A stretch of DNA of 64,000 nucleotides from a virus: positions 1,212 through 65,211 of the IMG/VR virus record IMGVR_UViG_3300000956_000011; one strand, given 5' to 3'. Position 1 is the first letter of the stretch. The number at the start of each line of letters is the position of its first letter. The notes beneath the pieces are model-generated. The model searched no databases. It was not told the origin of the DNA and saw only the letters and a list, made by a program, of their open reading frames with translations. Shown here in pieces: positions 1 to 8,332 of the stretch. The position numbers and the translations under genes were made by a program.

Positions 1-1893
1 GTCCTCATCCATGATGTGCATCTCGTCAGCAGAGTCCAGGTTTATGGAAACACCACCCGCTTTGACGTTGACCAGCATCACACGTCCCCGATTGCGTGTA
101 GTCGCCTGCCAAGCCTTTAGCATCGCATTGCGCTGGGCGTCGGAAGAACTTCCGTCTAGCCGAGCGTACTGCACCTTCTCTTCGGTAAGCATATCCCCGA
201 TGGCGTCCAGGAACTCGTTGTACCTACTGGCAATGACGAGCTTGTCTCCCGGTGCACTATCCAGAATTCCTCGAGCGTCCAGGTTATCCCACAACGCATC
301 TAGCTTGCCGCTTTCCTGTGTGAAGCGAACCTTGCCGCCTGCCATGGTGATCGCCCCGTTGGCCAGTTGCTGACTGCGAGTGCGCAGTGCCAATAGTCCG
401 TTCACAATGACCGGACCATTAGGCGTGCTGAGCTCGGCGTAATCGGCAAGTTCAGTGAACTGTCGCTGTTGTCGAGAACTCATCTCACAAACAACCTCGA
501 CGTACGTCTTGGGCGGTAGATCCTTGAGCATCTCCTGCTTGGTGCGACGGAGTACGCGCGGACCCAGCGAAGTCAAGAACCTCTCCCAAGCAGCTGCCTC
601 TTCCTCGGCAGTAGCGTCCGGACGAAGTCCTTTAGGTCCGCGAATTTCTATAACCGTCTTTCCGAATCGGTTGACGACCTTCTCTTCAGTTTCGAATACG
701 TCCTTGGCCCATTTCCAGAAGCTGGTGTACTCGTCCGACCAAAGCCAATGCAACGTCCCGAACATTCCTTGGATCTTGCCACCCTTGCCGAAGGGCGTGC
801 CGCTGAGGGCATATCGGCGTGGGTCTTCGTGGTGGTATGGCAACAGTTTCAGCGCGCGGCCCATAAGGTTCGCCTTGGTGACAGTCAAACTGCCGAGCAG
901 TTTGTGCGACTCATCCAACACGACCCAGCGCCATCCGCCGAACTGGTATCGGTCGAATAAGATCGGATACTCGAAGTCCACCGGAACTTTGTCTTCCGCG
1001 AGTTCCTTGGCGCGCAAGGCAATCAGCTCTTCACTGTCGTCCTCATCCGCCTGGGCGCGGGCAATGGTTTCGGGGTCGCTGACGTGCAGTCGGCAAACTC
1101 CGTCCAAGCTCGTGAGCCGTTGCTTACACATGCCGCTGATTTTGTTTCCGATGAACATGTCTCGGCGCAAGCCGTCTTCGCCTATCTCTTCCCTGAAGGT
1201 GTAGCAAGGGTTTCCGAGCTTGACGCGTAGCATCTCGGCCACCACAACCACTATCCGCAGCCGACGGGGCTCGCGCGCTACGTCGTTGGCGAACCGAGCG
1301 AGCATGCGCTCACGCTTGGCGCGCTTGCCAGTGCACAGGTACGTAGGCACGTTGCGCACGTGCCTGCGGGCCTCGTAGCCCCACACACTCTTGACGCTGG
1401 CTTTTGGGCACACCACAAGTACGGGGCCATCGACGCCAGCTTCGAGCAAGGCTGCCAGTAACTGCGGTGTCTTGCCGAGACCGGGCTTGTCAGCAATCAG
1501 ACCAGCGCCTCGGTAGCCCTCGGCAATCCATACCGCGCCTGCCCGCTGGTAGCCCCGTAGCCAGTTTACGAACTTGGCTGGCACCCATTCGGCCAGGGTG
1601 GCGTCCGTAGCCTCGCTGAGGCCTTTGTGGTCGACGGCTTGCGCCTGCTCATGCCGGTACCACGCGGCAAGGTCATCGCCCACTCGTAGCGCGCTGCCGA
1701 AGGCTTGTCGCAGTGCCACGCAGGTGTCGACGCTAAGCGGGTAATGCCAATGCTTGACCGGGCGCTCACGGAAGCGGCCACCATTCACCTTTTTGCTCGC
1801 AGCCAGCATGAATTCGAAATCATCCACACCAGGCGTCTGCGTAGTGCGCACCATGATGCGCCCCTGATGGATGGTGGCGTCCGCGTAACCCAT
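1..1893 (-). CDS. SNF2-family (SF2) helicase, 3' end truncated by the window edge
   Basis: Translated by hand (absent from the ORF track because there is no stop in the window). ATG at 1893 overlaps the upstream TGA. Motif I ADKPGLGKT, motif II VLDESH, motif III SGTP, motif V AGGVSINLDSAD, and LRRTKQEMLKDLPPK are typical of SNF2. Confidence 0.88.
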   Translation of the reverse strand, partial: MGYADATIHQGRIMVRTTQTPGVDDFEFMLAASKKVNGGRFRERPVKHWHYPLSVDTCVALRQAFGSALRVGDDLAAWYRHEQAQAVDHKGLSEATDATLAEWVPAKFVNWLRGYQRAGAVWIAEGYRGAGLIADKPGLGKTPQLLAALLEAGVDGPVLVVCPKASVKSVWGYEARRHVRNVPTYLCTGKRAKRERMLARFANDVAREPRRLRIVVVVAEMLRVKLGNPCYTFREEIGEDGLRRDMFIGNKISGMCKQRLTSLDGVCRLHVSDPETIARAQADEDDSEELIALRAKELAEDKVPVDFEYPILFDRYQFGGWRWVVLDESHKLLGSLTVTKANLMGRALKLLPYHHEDPRRYALSGTPFGKGGKIQGMFGTLHWLWSDEYTSFWKWAKDVFETEEKVVNRFGKTVIEIRGPKGLRPDATAEEEAAAWERFLTSLGPRVLRRTKQEMLKDLPPKTYVEVVCEMSSRQQRQFTELADYAELSTPNGPVIVNGLLALRTRSQQLANGAITMAGGKVRFTQESGKLDALWDNLDARGILDSAPGDKLVIASRYNEFLDAIGDMLTEEKVQYARLDGSSSDAQRNAMLKAWQATTRNRGRVMLVNVKAGGVSINLDSADEMHIMDED

Positions 1894-2102
1894 CAAACTT
1901 CTCCGTGGTCTTCGCCCGGGTCCAGGTGCATCATGGCCACAACATGGTCGTCCATGTCCGGGATGCTGGTAGCTACGTAGTCCCCACAGCGGCACGAGAA
2001 CTTGCCCCGGTGCTGACACGCGCATACGCGCTCCCCGGTGCATTCCCTATGACGATTGGGGTCGCTTTCGTCGGCTGCCTTGCGACAGGGCTTGCAGATC
2101 AT
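1893..2102 (-). CDS. hypothetical Cys/His-rich protein (69 aa)
   Basis: Overlaps both neighbours in an operon; CxxC...HxxC...CxCxH...CxC pattern. Confidence 0.6.
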   Translation of the reverse strand: MICKPCRKAADESDPNRHRECTGERVCACQHRGKFSCRCGDYVATSIPDMDDHVVAMMHLDPGEDHGEV

Positions 2103-2302
2103 CCGCGTTCTCTCCAGTCGTACGTGTCGCCGTTGTCATCCAGGGAGCAATGCCGTTTGTCTTCCAGAGTTCTTCCGATGATGGCGTGGCCTATTTGCAG
2201 CATGCACGGATCCCCGCTGCGGCTTACGGCAGGGCAGGTCGTCAGTTCCGGATGGACCAGGTCCAGCATTTTGTTCGTGCTCATTTTCCTGTCACTCATC
2301 AC
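2099..2302 (-). CDS. hypothetical protein (67 aa)
   Basis: 4-bp overlaps with both neighbours; C-x9-C-x4-H...H-C pattern. Confidence 0.6.
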   Translation of the reverse strand: MMSDRKMSTNKMLDLVHPELTTCPAVSRSGDPCMLQIGHAIIGRTLEDKRHCSLDDNGDTYDWRERG

Positions 2303-3318
2303 ACACCCACTCTCGTGATTCTGTCCACGTACACAGCACGGAGGGGACCGGACTTTGTGATTGCCCTACGCGGGTCGATTTTCAGCATAGCGGGGTCTAG
2401 CTGCTCGAAGAATTCGATGTATGGTCCCATTGGGCCTTGCTTGTACCTGACGAGCCTGGGGTCGTCGTGCACGTAGGCTTCCTGGGCGCTGGTGATGAGC
2501 CCGTGCTGCCCTTCGAGCCTGGCAACCCAGTGGATCATCTGCCCCGTGACCTTGCCGACCACTTCATCGCCAGTGGCTTCCGCGGAGAAGTACGGCCTAC
2601 CAAGGTTTTCCATGGCACGAGCCTCCCGAGTGATCTTCGACTCGCGTTGCCCGCGCTCGCCCAGGTAGGTCTTGCCCCAGGCAGCACGCCAGAGCCTACG
2701 GGCGAAGGCGCTGCCCTTGCGCCCTTGCTTGTTGCTGGCCCCACTGCCGGGCAGGTGCAGCTCGTAAGCCACGCGCCACCAACTGTCGCCGCGCTCGCGC
2801 AGCTTGCGCACTTCGACGGCCAGGTCGTACACGTAGTCATCGGTACAAGCAAACAACCGCTCCTCGGCCCAGCGGTCGCCCTCGCCAACATTGTCGACAC
2901 CGCGCTCAACGATGATCTTGTCAACGGCCTCCTCCACTTGGCGCAGCAACCTTTCGCGCGCTGCCGCTTGGCTGGCGCGAGCTGCGGCCGAGGTCGGGGG
3001 AGGGGAGGTCAGCGGGTCATCGTCCTCTTCATCGTCCATGTCGTCTTCGTCAACCGGCTCGGCCTGCGGCTCCGGTTCGGGATCATCCACGTAACCCGTG
3101 CAGGCGCACAGTTCCACGTCCTCCATGGTCCACTCAAGCGGTGCTCCGAGGGCCTCGAGCAACTCTTCGTCGCTGTTTTCAAGATCAACCTTAACGAGCT
3201 CTTTCGTTGCGCCTGCGGCCAACGAACGGATGGTCTCTTTACACCCTGGTTTGTGGATGACCCAATACTCATCGTCGCTCTGGGTCATCATTACCAGGGT
3301 GTAGCGCTTCGCTGCCAT
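2299..3318 (-). CDS. hypothetical early protein, possible central HTH (339 aa)
   Basis: GAGAGGCAGCACAATG leader; acidic linker; helical segment VRKLRERGDSWWRVAYELHL resembles an HTH. Confidence 0.72.
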   Translation of the reverse strand: MAAKRYTLVMMTQSDDEYWVIHKPGCKETIRSLAAGATKELVKVDLENSDEELLEALGAPLEWTMEDVELCACTGYVDDPEPEPQAEPVDEDDMDDEEDDDPLTSPPPTSAAARASQAAARERLLRQVEEAVDKIIVERGVDNVGEGDRWAEERLFACTDDYVYDLAVEVRKLRERGDSWWRVAYELHLPGSGASNKQGRKGSAFARRLWRAAWGKTYLGERGQRESKITREARAMENLGRPYFSAEATGDEVVGKVTGQMIHWVARLEGQHGLITSAQEAYVHDDPRLVRYKQGPMGPYIEFFEQLDPAMLKIDPRRAITKSGPLRAVYVDRITRVGV

Positions 3319-3356
3319 TGTGCTGCCTCTCTGCCTGGCCTACTACACGAATCTTA

Positions 3357-3674
3357 CTACGCGGTGCGCGTCTCCCAGCGCTCCATTGCTTCCTTTTTGA
3401 CCGCAGGCACATCGGCCGCGTAGGGGTTCGTCAGGATGGCGATGGCAAAGGCCAGCCCTTGCGCCTGCCCGCGCAGCTCACCCCATTCCTTCAGCACGCC
3501 ATACCACTGCTTCGCGCGTGGCCTGCCCGATTCCTGGATTTCTTCCGAGAAGGTGTCGATGTCCGGTGCGCCCTGCTCCATCAGCTGGTCCATGCAGTCG
3601 TCCAGGTCCTGCCAAAGGATGTCAAGAACGCTCATGCCTGCGTATGGGTGTTTGGCTTCGGCTTCGGCTGCCAT
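3357..3674 (-). CDS. hypothetical protein (105 aa)
   Basis: Start moved to ATG 3674, which follows SD GGAGAGG. Confidence 0.68.
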   Translation of the reverse strand: MAAEAEAKHPYAGMSVLDILWQDLDDCMDQLMEQGAPDIDTFSEEIQESGRPRAKQWYGVLKEWGELRGQAQGLAFAIAILTNPYAADVPAVKKEAMERWETRTA

Positions 3675-3757
3675 TGTGATCCTCTCCAATTCTCGCCACG
3701 TGCGGGCGTCTTGGGTGAGCGGCTGGTGGTACCGCTGCCAGGTAAAAGCGACGACGG

Positions 3758-4003
3758 TCACCGCTTCTGGCCCTTGGCCACGGGTGGCTTGCCGCGTAGG
3801 TCGGGGCGTGGCGCGTGCGGTGCGTTGTGCCACTGGACGATACGTCGGTGTTGTTCGGCAGTTCCCTCGACGACCATGGTGTGCGCGCAGTTGAACTGGA
3901 TGGGGCTGACGACCGCCACTACGCCAAAGCGCTCCTCGATCATGTCGCGTACCTGCTCGGGCGTCTCGTTGTCTTGCAGTAGCACGTCATACTTTCGTTG
4001 CAT
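3758..4003 (-). CDS. hypothetical protein (81 aa)
   Basis: Start moved to ATG 4003, which follows SD GAGAGGG. Confidence 0.6.
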   Translation of the reverse strand: MQRKYDVLLQDNETPEQVRDMIEERFGVVAVVSPIQFNCAHTMVVEGTAEQHRRIVQWHNAPHAPRPDLRGKPPVAKGQKR

Positions 4004-4163
4004 GATTTTCCCTCTCAGATCGATTGTGCGTCGATGTAGCTGGTTGGTTCGGGTTAGGGTACCCCGCGAGCCTTGCGTCGGCCCAGCGGGGCAGCCAGGG
4101 GCTAGCACGGTAGCTTCGTACCGACCCCGGGCGGCTTGGTGGCTACCCGGGGTCCGGCGAAGG

Positions 4164-5057
4164 CTAGTGCTTGGCCCAGCACTCCGGGCCGATGCCGCGT
4201 GCGCGGCTCTCATCGTTGGTAAGCGGACGGCCGCAGTCACTGCATTCGCCCAGCTCGTCCGCGTACCGCTTGGCCGCAGCCTGCGGGTCGACCAGCACTG
4301 CGCTCAGGTAGGTCGTCAGCGTCGCGGGTGCCTTGACTGGGTAGCCCGTGTCGCTACCCATGCTGTCCACGAACACACGACCAGCCCAGCGACCGCTCGT
4401 TACCTTCTTGATGCGCAGGAACTTGGTGACGCCATCGACCACAATGGCGAACCGACCCTCGACGCGCGGACTGCCACCCTGGCGCGTCTCGCGGTGCAAG
4501 TGCTCAGCCACGCGCTCACGCAGTCCGTCAACCTGCTTCCACGGGTCCTCGGGTGGGGCAGGAACGCGCACACCTGGCAGTCCGGGCACGTCGACCATAC
4601 CGTCATCGCGTGCTGCCTCGTGGCGCGCTGCGATGACCTTGCAATCCGCGCGGTGCCACTTCTCGCCCGCCCAGCCCTTGGCGCAGCCACGGCAGTAGTT
4701 CGGGTCACCGTGCAGCGTCTCGCTGATCCGCTCGCGGGTGGTCAGGTCGCCCTGGGCAATGCGGTATTCGGCTGCCGCGTTCAGGTCGGTGAAGACCAGC
4801 TCAACCTCGGTCAGGTCGGGGGTGCGGCTGGTCTCGCCGGTACGGGTGTCCGCACGCACCTGCGTGACGCCAATCCAGGTACCGGCCGTAGGCACGTGCT
4901 CTACCGTCCAGTAGCCGTCTTCGTCGGCCAGCGTCACCACGTTGCCGACTGCCAACAAGGGCAGCTCCGGGGTGAGCGTGGTCACGGTACCTTGCCCGCA
5001 GGTACGCACGTGCGCCACGGTCTGACCGGTCTTGTGGCAGTGTCCGCAGGTAGCCAT
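4164..5057 (-). CDS. DUF6011-type Zn-ribbon protein (297 aa)
   Basis: C-terminal CSDCGRPLTNDESRARGIGPECW matches the DUF6011 signature; N-terminal CGHC...HVRTC; ATG 5057 abuts the upstream gene. Confidence 0.75.
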   Translation of the reverse strand: MATCGHCHKTGQTVAHVRTCGQGTVTTLTPELPLLAVGNVVTLADEDGYWTVEHVPTAGTWIGVTQVRADTRTGETSRTPDLTEVELVFTDLNAAAEYRIAQGDLTTRERISETLHGDPNYCRGCAKGWAGEKWHRADCKVIAARHEAARDDGMVDVPGLPGVRVPAPPEDPWKQVDGLRERVAEHLHRETRQGGSPRVEGRFAIVVDGVTKFLRIKKVTSGRWAGRVFVDSMGSDTGYPVKAPATLTTYLSAVLVDPQAAAKRYADELGECSDCGRPLTNDESRARGIGPECWAKH

Positions 5058-5059
5058 GA

Positions 5060-5251
5060 TCAGAACTCCAGGACGCTGTCGGCGGAAACGGTGTACTCGC
5101 CACCACGGTAGATCACGCAGTACGCGGTCGTGGGGGACAGGTCGTTGGACGTGCGGCTGAACCCTTCGCGGACGACGCCCTCGCGGATGTTGCCGTTGTA
5201 CTCGAACATGACCTTGGTGCCCTTGGCGATGGACGGGTGCGTGGTGCTCAT
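5060..5251 (-). CDS. small beta-barrel (SH3/KOW-like) protein (63 aa)
   Basis: Strong SD CAGGAGG; KGTKVMF...EGVV...YCVIY...YTV all-beta pattern. Confidence 0.7.
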   Translation of the reverse strand: MSTTHPSIAKGTKVMFEYNGNIREGVVREGFSRTSNDLSPTTAYCVIYRGGEYTVSADSVLEF

Positions 5252-5283
5252 TGCTGCCTCCTGGTTGCTGCCTGCCTACACGT

Positions 5284-5313
5284 AGGGTATCGCACCCGAT
5301 AGAGAGATCGCTA
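5284..5313 (-). promoter_or_regulatory. putative early promoter TAGCGA-N18-TACCCT
   Basis: Same geometry and spacer elements (TCTC, GGGTGCGA) as the promoter at 6710-6739; A/T-rich upstream element. Confidence 0.6.
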
Positions 5314-5344
5314 CGGATTGGAGAGAATTTTCTCGTCTCGCCTG

Positions 5345-5725
5345 CTAGTTGCCGATCATCTCCGTGCCGACCAGCACCATCCCGTCCCAGTTCCACTTGC
5401 CGACCGGCTCGTCACGCCTGCACTCAGCCAGCGCGGCCCAGTAGTCGGCCAGCTCAGCGTCCGGGGTGTTGCCGTTCAGGTGCTGCCGCACGTAGGCAAG
5501 CTCGCCCTTGCTGGCGTCCACGCTGTACGCAGGGATGCCGCGCTTCGTGCGCTCACGGTAGTAGCAAGGCGTCTCGTAGTGCTGCACCTGCGTAGGGGCT
5601 GCGGTCTCAGCGCGGTGGGCGGGAGTCGTCTCTTCCTGGACGTGCAGGTACAGCGGCAAGGCAACGGTCAGCATGACCACGGCCAGCACATCACGCGCTG
5701 GCTGCCAGGGCTTACGTCGGAACAT
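5345..5725 (-). CDS. hypothetical membrane-anchored protein (126 aa)
   Basis: N-terminal hydrophobic segment VLAVVMLTVALPLYL; SD CAGGAG. Confidence 0.65.
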   Translation of the reverse strand: MFRRKPWQPARDVLAVVMLTVALPLYLHVQEETTPAHRAETAAPTQVQHYETPCYYRERTKRGIPAYSVDASKGELAYVRQHLNGNTPDAELADYWAALAECRRDEPVGKWNWDGMVLVGTEMIGN

Positions 5726-5752
5726 GATCTTTCTCCTGTCTAGGTTTGACGA

Positions 5753-5950
5753 TCAGACTGTGGTGGCGATACGTTCGTTGGTCAGGATGTTGATGGCCGA
5801 CTGCTTGGTGCGCAGCCCGGTCAGGTAGGCGTAGTTTCCCTTCTCAGTGGCCGCCAGGTACCAGCCTCGTTCGCCCTTAGCGACATAGCCCACCTCGTGC
5901 CCGTCGACGCTGACGTAAGTGCGACCCTGGCTGGTGATAGTGGTGATCAT
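5753..5950 (-). CDS. hypothetical protein (65 aa)
   Basis: ATG 5950 after SD AAGGAG and its own promoter. Confidence 0.7.
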   Translation of the reverse strand: MITTITSQGRTYVSVDGHEVGYVAKGERGWYLAATEKGNYAYLTGLRTKQSAINILTNERIATTV

Positions 5951-5987
5951 GGCTGGCTCCTTGATGCGTTGCTGCCTTACATGGAAG

Positions 5988-6017
5988 AGTCTAGCACGTC
6001 CTCTCGAGAACGCGCCA
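5988..6017 (-). promoter_or_regulatory. putative early promoter TGGCGC-N18-TAGACT (extended -10, TGn)
   Basis: TAnnnT -10 preceded by TG; TTCTCG in the spacer; A-rich upstream element. Confidence 0.6.
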
Positions 6018-6041
6018 GACTTTTCTTCCACGAGTCTTGTT

Positions 6042-6677
6042 TCAGCTGGTCAGGGCCTCGAACTTGACGTCGGACAGCGCGTGCAGGGTGCGCCGCGTCG
6101 GGTGCCCGTCGTGCTGGACGACCAGCAACACCCGGTTCAGGCCACTGGCGTCCGGGGTGCGCACGCTGGCGTCGATCACCTTGCCGCGCACCGTGCGGCC
6201 CATGCTGCGCACGATGGCCATCTGGTGCGACCACGCGGCCGTCGCCAGCTTTTGCGCTGCCGCGTTCGCGGCCAGTCCCGCCGTGTTCAGCGCGTCCGCC
6301 ACACCGTGCACGCTCTCGGCCAGCACGCGCAGCGTGTCACCAATGGCCTGCGGGGTGGTGGCCTCGTGCATGGCCCCCTGGAACACCTGCGCGTCTTCCG
6401 GGTCCACGTCGGCCCCCTGCTCGGCCCAGTGGCCGGTCATGTCCTCGGCCTCGTCCACGCGTGCGTCCTGCCGCGCCATGTCGGCCTCGCGGGCGTCACC
6501 CTCGACCCCGTCCAGGTCGTGCGCCTCGCTGGTCAGGTACCACGCGCCCCGGTCGTCCCAGATCAGCTCGCGGCTGACCAGCGCCTTGACCGTGGTGGCG
6601 CGCACGCCCTCCGTCAGGCCGGTCTTGGCGATGATGTTCAGCGCCGAGATCATGGTGGGGGTGATGTTGCTGGCCAT
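6042..6677 (-). CDS. hypothetical protein, N-terminal winged-helix-like and C-terminal SH3-like segments (211 aa)
   Basis: ATG 6677 after CAGGAGG; TTVKALVSRELIW...WYLT wing-like pattern. Confidence 0.72.
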   Translation of the reverse strand: MASNITPTMISALNIIAKTGLTEGVRATTVKALVSRELIWDDRGAWYLTSEAHDLDGVEGDAREADMARQDARVDEAEDMTGHWAEQGADVDPEDAQVFQGAMHEATTPQAIGDTLRVLAESVHGVADALNTAGLAANAAAQKLATAAWSHQMAIVRSMGRTVRGKVIDASVRTPDASGLNRVLLVVQHDGHPTRRTLHALSDVKFEALTS

Positions 6678-6709
6678 TTGGTCCTCCTGGTTGTTGCTGC
6701 CGTACGTGA

Positions 6710-6739
6710 AGGGTATCGCACCCGTAACGAGAAGCGTTA
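6710..6739 (-). promoter_or_regulatory. putative early promoter TAACGC-N18-TACCCT
   Basis: Shares GGGTGCGATACCCT (14 bp) with the 5284 promoter; inverted repeat GTAACG-N5-CGTTAC over the -35. Confidence 0.6.
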
Positions 6740-6758
6740 CAGGTTTCTCCAAGATCTT

Positions 6759-7070
6759 CTACTGGCTCGGTGCGATGGCGCGCAACCAGCACTCCAAGTC
6801 CCGCTTGCCACGTGCCTTCTTGCGGTCACCCGTGGCCCAGTAGATCTCGAACCGGTAGGTAGCGCTGCCCCACGCGCGGGTCCAGCAGATACGGGTGTCG
6901 TACCAGCGGTTTCCCGGGTGCGTGAAGGTCATCTGCGCGCAGTGCTGGTCGGACTTGTCCGTGGGCACCAGGCCAACCTTCTCGGCTAGGGCTGCCATGT
7001 GCCGCAGCTCGCGGCAGGTGCGCCGCGCCTGCGGGGTCTGTGCGTGGGTGCACTTGCTGTGCGCGCTCAC
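6759..7070 (-). CDS. H-x2-C-x-H...C Zn-finger-like early protein, paralog of 7539-7847
   Basis: HSKCTHAQTPQARRTCRE versus HTECTHAHTPQARRTCRE. Confidence 0.72.
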   Translation of the reverse strand: MSAHSKCTHAQTPQARRTCRELRHMAALAEKVGLVPTDKSDQHCAQMTFTHPGNRWYDTRICWTRAWGSATYRFEIYWATGDRKKARGKRDLECWLRAIAPSQ

Positions 7071-7073
7071 TGG

Positions 7074-7238
7074 TCACGCCACCCGGTACACGTGCGCCGT
7101 ACGCGCAGCCGCGTCCACCGCCACCACGCGGAAACGGTACGGCAACTCGGGGTAGATGTAGCCGACTACCACGTCCCCGATCTTGGGTTCCGACGCCCGC
7201 ACTGCCACCTTCAACGTACCGTTGATGATCGAGAACAC
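7074..7238 (-). CDS. small SH3-like protein (54 aa), absent from the ORF track
   Basis: GTG 7238 after CAGGAGG; MFSIINGTLKVAVRASEPKIGDVVVGYIYPELPYRFRVVAVDAAARTAHVYRVA; fills the gap between promoter and next gene. Confidence 0.65.
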   Translation of the reverse strand: MFSIINGTLKVAVRASEPKIGDVVVGYIYPELPYRFRVVAVDAAARTAHVYRVA

Positions 7239-7276
7239 CGCTGCCTCCTGGATTGCTGCCTGGCCGTACCCCGCTC

Positions 7277-7306
7277 AGCTTCTCATGGATGGACGAGAGA
7301 TCGCAA
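7277..7306 (-). promoter_or_regulatory. putative promoter TTGCGA-N18-GAAGCT
   Basis: Near-copy of 9358-9387 (CCTTGCG..TCTCGTCCA...TGAGAAGCTGA). Confidence 0.6.
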
Positions 7307-7511
7307 GGACTTTGTTCGACAAGGCTGGTTGCCCGCCTCGGCTGACATGCCCCTGTTCGGCCCTCAGATGGCCGTAGGCTCGAGAAGTGGCTTGGTGGGT
7401 ACTGGTACCCGACCGTTCGATTATGTCGATTTCCCCAGGTAGACAGCCGACTATGTCGATATCAAGATCTTCGACATATGTGTGCAAGTGCAAACTACCT
7501 CGACCTGGCAA

Positions 7512-7531
7512 AGCCCCGCCGTAGCGGGGCT
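7512..7531 (-). terminator. intrinsic terminator
   Basis: AGCCCCGC-TACG-GCGGGGCT followed by TT, directly after the stop at 7539. Confidence 0.75.
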
Positions 7532-7538
7532 GGCCTGC

Positions 7539-7847
7539 CTAAGCGCGCTTGGCCAACACGTTCAGCCAGGCGGTCAACATGTTGATGCCCTGGTACCGAC
7601 GCGGCGCACCTTCCGGGGTGATGATGAAGAACCGGTACCCACCTTGATCGTAAGTGCGGGTCCACACAAGCCGTAGGCCCAGCTGGTCCCTCGGGTTCCA
7701 TATGATCACTTGCGCGAAGTTGCCCTCACTGATTTCCTGTGCCTGCAAGCCCTTACTGCGGGCAAGGGCTGCGTACCTGCGGGTCTCCCGACAAGTGCGT
7801 CGCGCTTGTGGGGTATGTGCGTGTGTGCATTCGGTGTGAGATCTCAT
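7539..7847 (-). CDS. H-x2-C-x-H...C Zn-finger-like early protein, paralog of 6759-7070
   Basis: SD CAGGAGG; paralogous over its full length (WTR, YRF and WL motifs shared). Confidence 0.75.
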   Translation of the reverse strand: MRSHTECTHAHTPQARRTCRETRRYAALARSKGLQAQEISEGNFAQVIIWNPRDQLGLRLVWTRTYDQGGYRFFIITPEGAPRRYQGINMLTAWLNVLAKRA

Positions 7848-7979
7848 GCTGGCCTCCTGGCTTGCGGGCAGTGGTTCCGCCCTCGACCGAAACTACGGTC
7901 TGTAACCACTGGCGCTTAGCCGTACCCTCGAAAGTGTACTCGGGTAACCTAAAGGGGTTAGAGACCCAGCAACGTCAAA

Positions 7980-8001
7980 CAGCCCCGCCGGAGCGGGGCT
8001 G
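7980..8001 (-). terminator. intrinsic terminator
   Basis: CAGCCCCGC-TCCG-GCGGGGCTG followed by TTT; same stem as 7512-7531. Confidence 0.75.
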
Positions 8002-8009
8002 CCTGGTGC

Positions 8010-8201
8010 CTAGAGCTGGACGATGACCTTGCAGGTATCCTCGGTGAGCTCCGCCTGCTTGCCTCGGGTGATCATTTCATCGTAGAACCCCGCTGCCCTG
8101 GTGCTGATCGGGAACTCGACCCGAACCTGACCCCAGTCTGACCGCGCGGTAACCGTACCGCCGTGCTGGGCGACGATGCTGTCGAACTTGGCTTGCTGCA
8201 T
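8010..8201 (-). CDS. hypothetical protein (63 aa)
   Basis: ATG 8201 after GGAGG; sits in its own promoter-terminator cassette. Confidence 0.7.
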   Translation of the reverse strand: MQQAKFDSIVAQHGGTVTARSDWGQVRVEFPISTRAAGFYDEMITRGKQAELTEDTCKVIVQL

Positions 8202-8234
8202 TGCCTGGCCTCCACTGTGTAGTTTGCTATGACC

Positions 8235-8263
8235 ATAATGCGTGGAAAACCGTTGGGGCACAA
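8235..8263 (-). promoter_or_regulatory. putative promoter TTGTGC-N17-CATTAT
   Basis: Upstream AAAGTCCTTG is identical to that of the 7277 promoter. Confidence 0.5.
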
Positions 8264-8332
8264 GGACTTTCCCTGGACGGTCTTCGGCCCGTCCCACCTA
8301 CCAGGCGAGACGGGCCAGAAAATCTTGGACGG

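Noticed and set aside
4164-4190. Possible H-type pseudoknot (GGCCC/GGGCC with AGTGCT/AGCACT) at the DUF6011 stop
   Set aside because: It lies upstream of the stop, inside the conserved GIGPECW codons, so it is probably a by-product of the protein motif.
3318-5111. Long plus-strand ORFs (e.g. 3318-5111, 5919-6989, 23511-25022, 31760-32884, 61916-63493)
   Set aside because: They lie exactly antisense to well-supported minus-strand genes, lack SDs and recognisable motifs, and are typical high-GC shadow ORFs.
4164-5396. N-terminal extensions given by the ORF track (also 43998-44705, 55384-56442, 56444-57052, 26384-27826)
   Set aside because: They overlap upstream genes in other frames; downstream starts have SDs and stop/start coupling.
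7275-7511. 78-aa minus-strand ORF
   Set aside because: TTG start sits inside the terminator tail with no SD, and it runs over a promoter; treated as intergenic.
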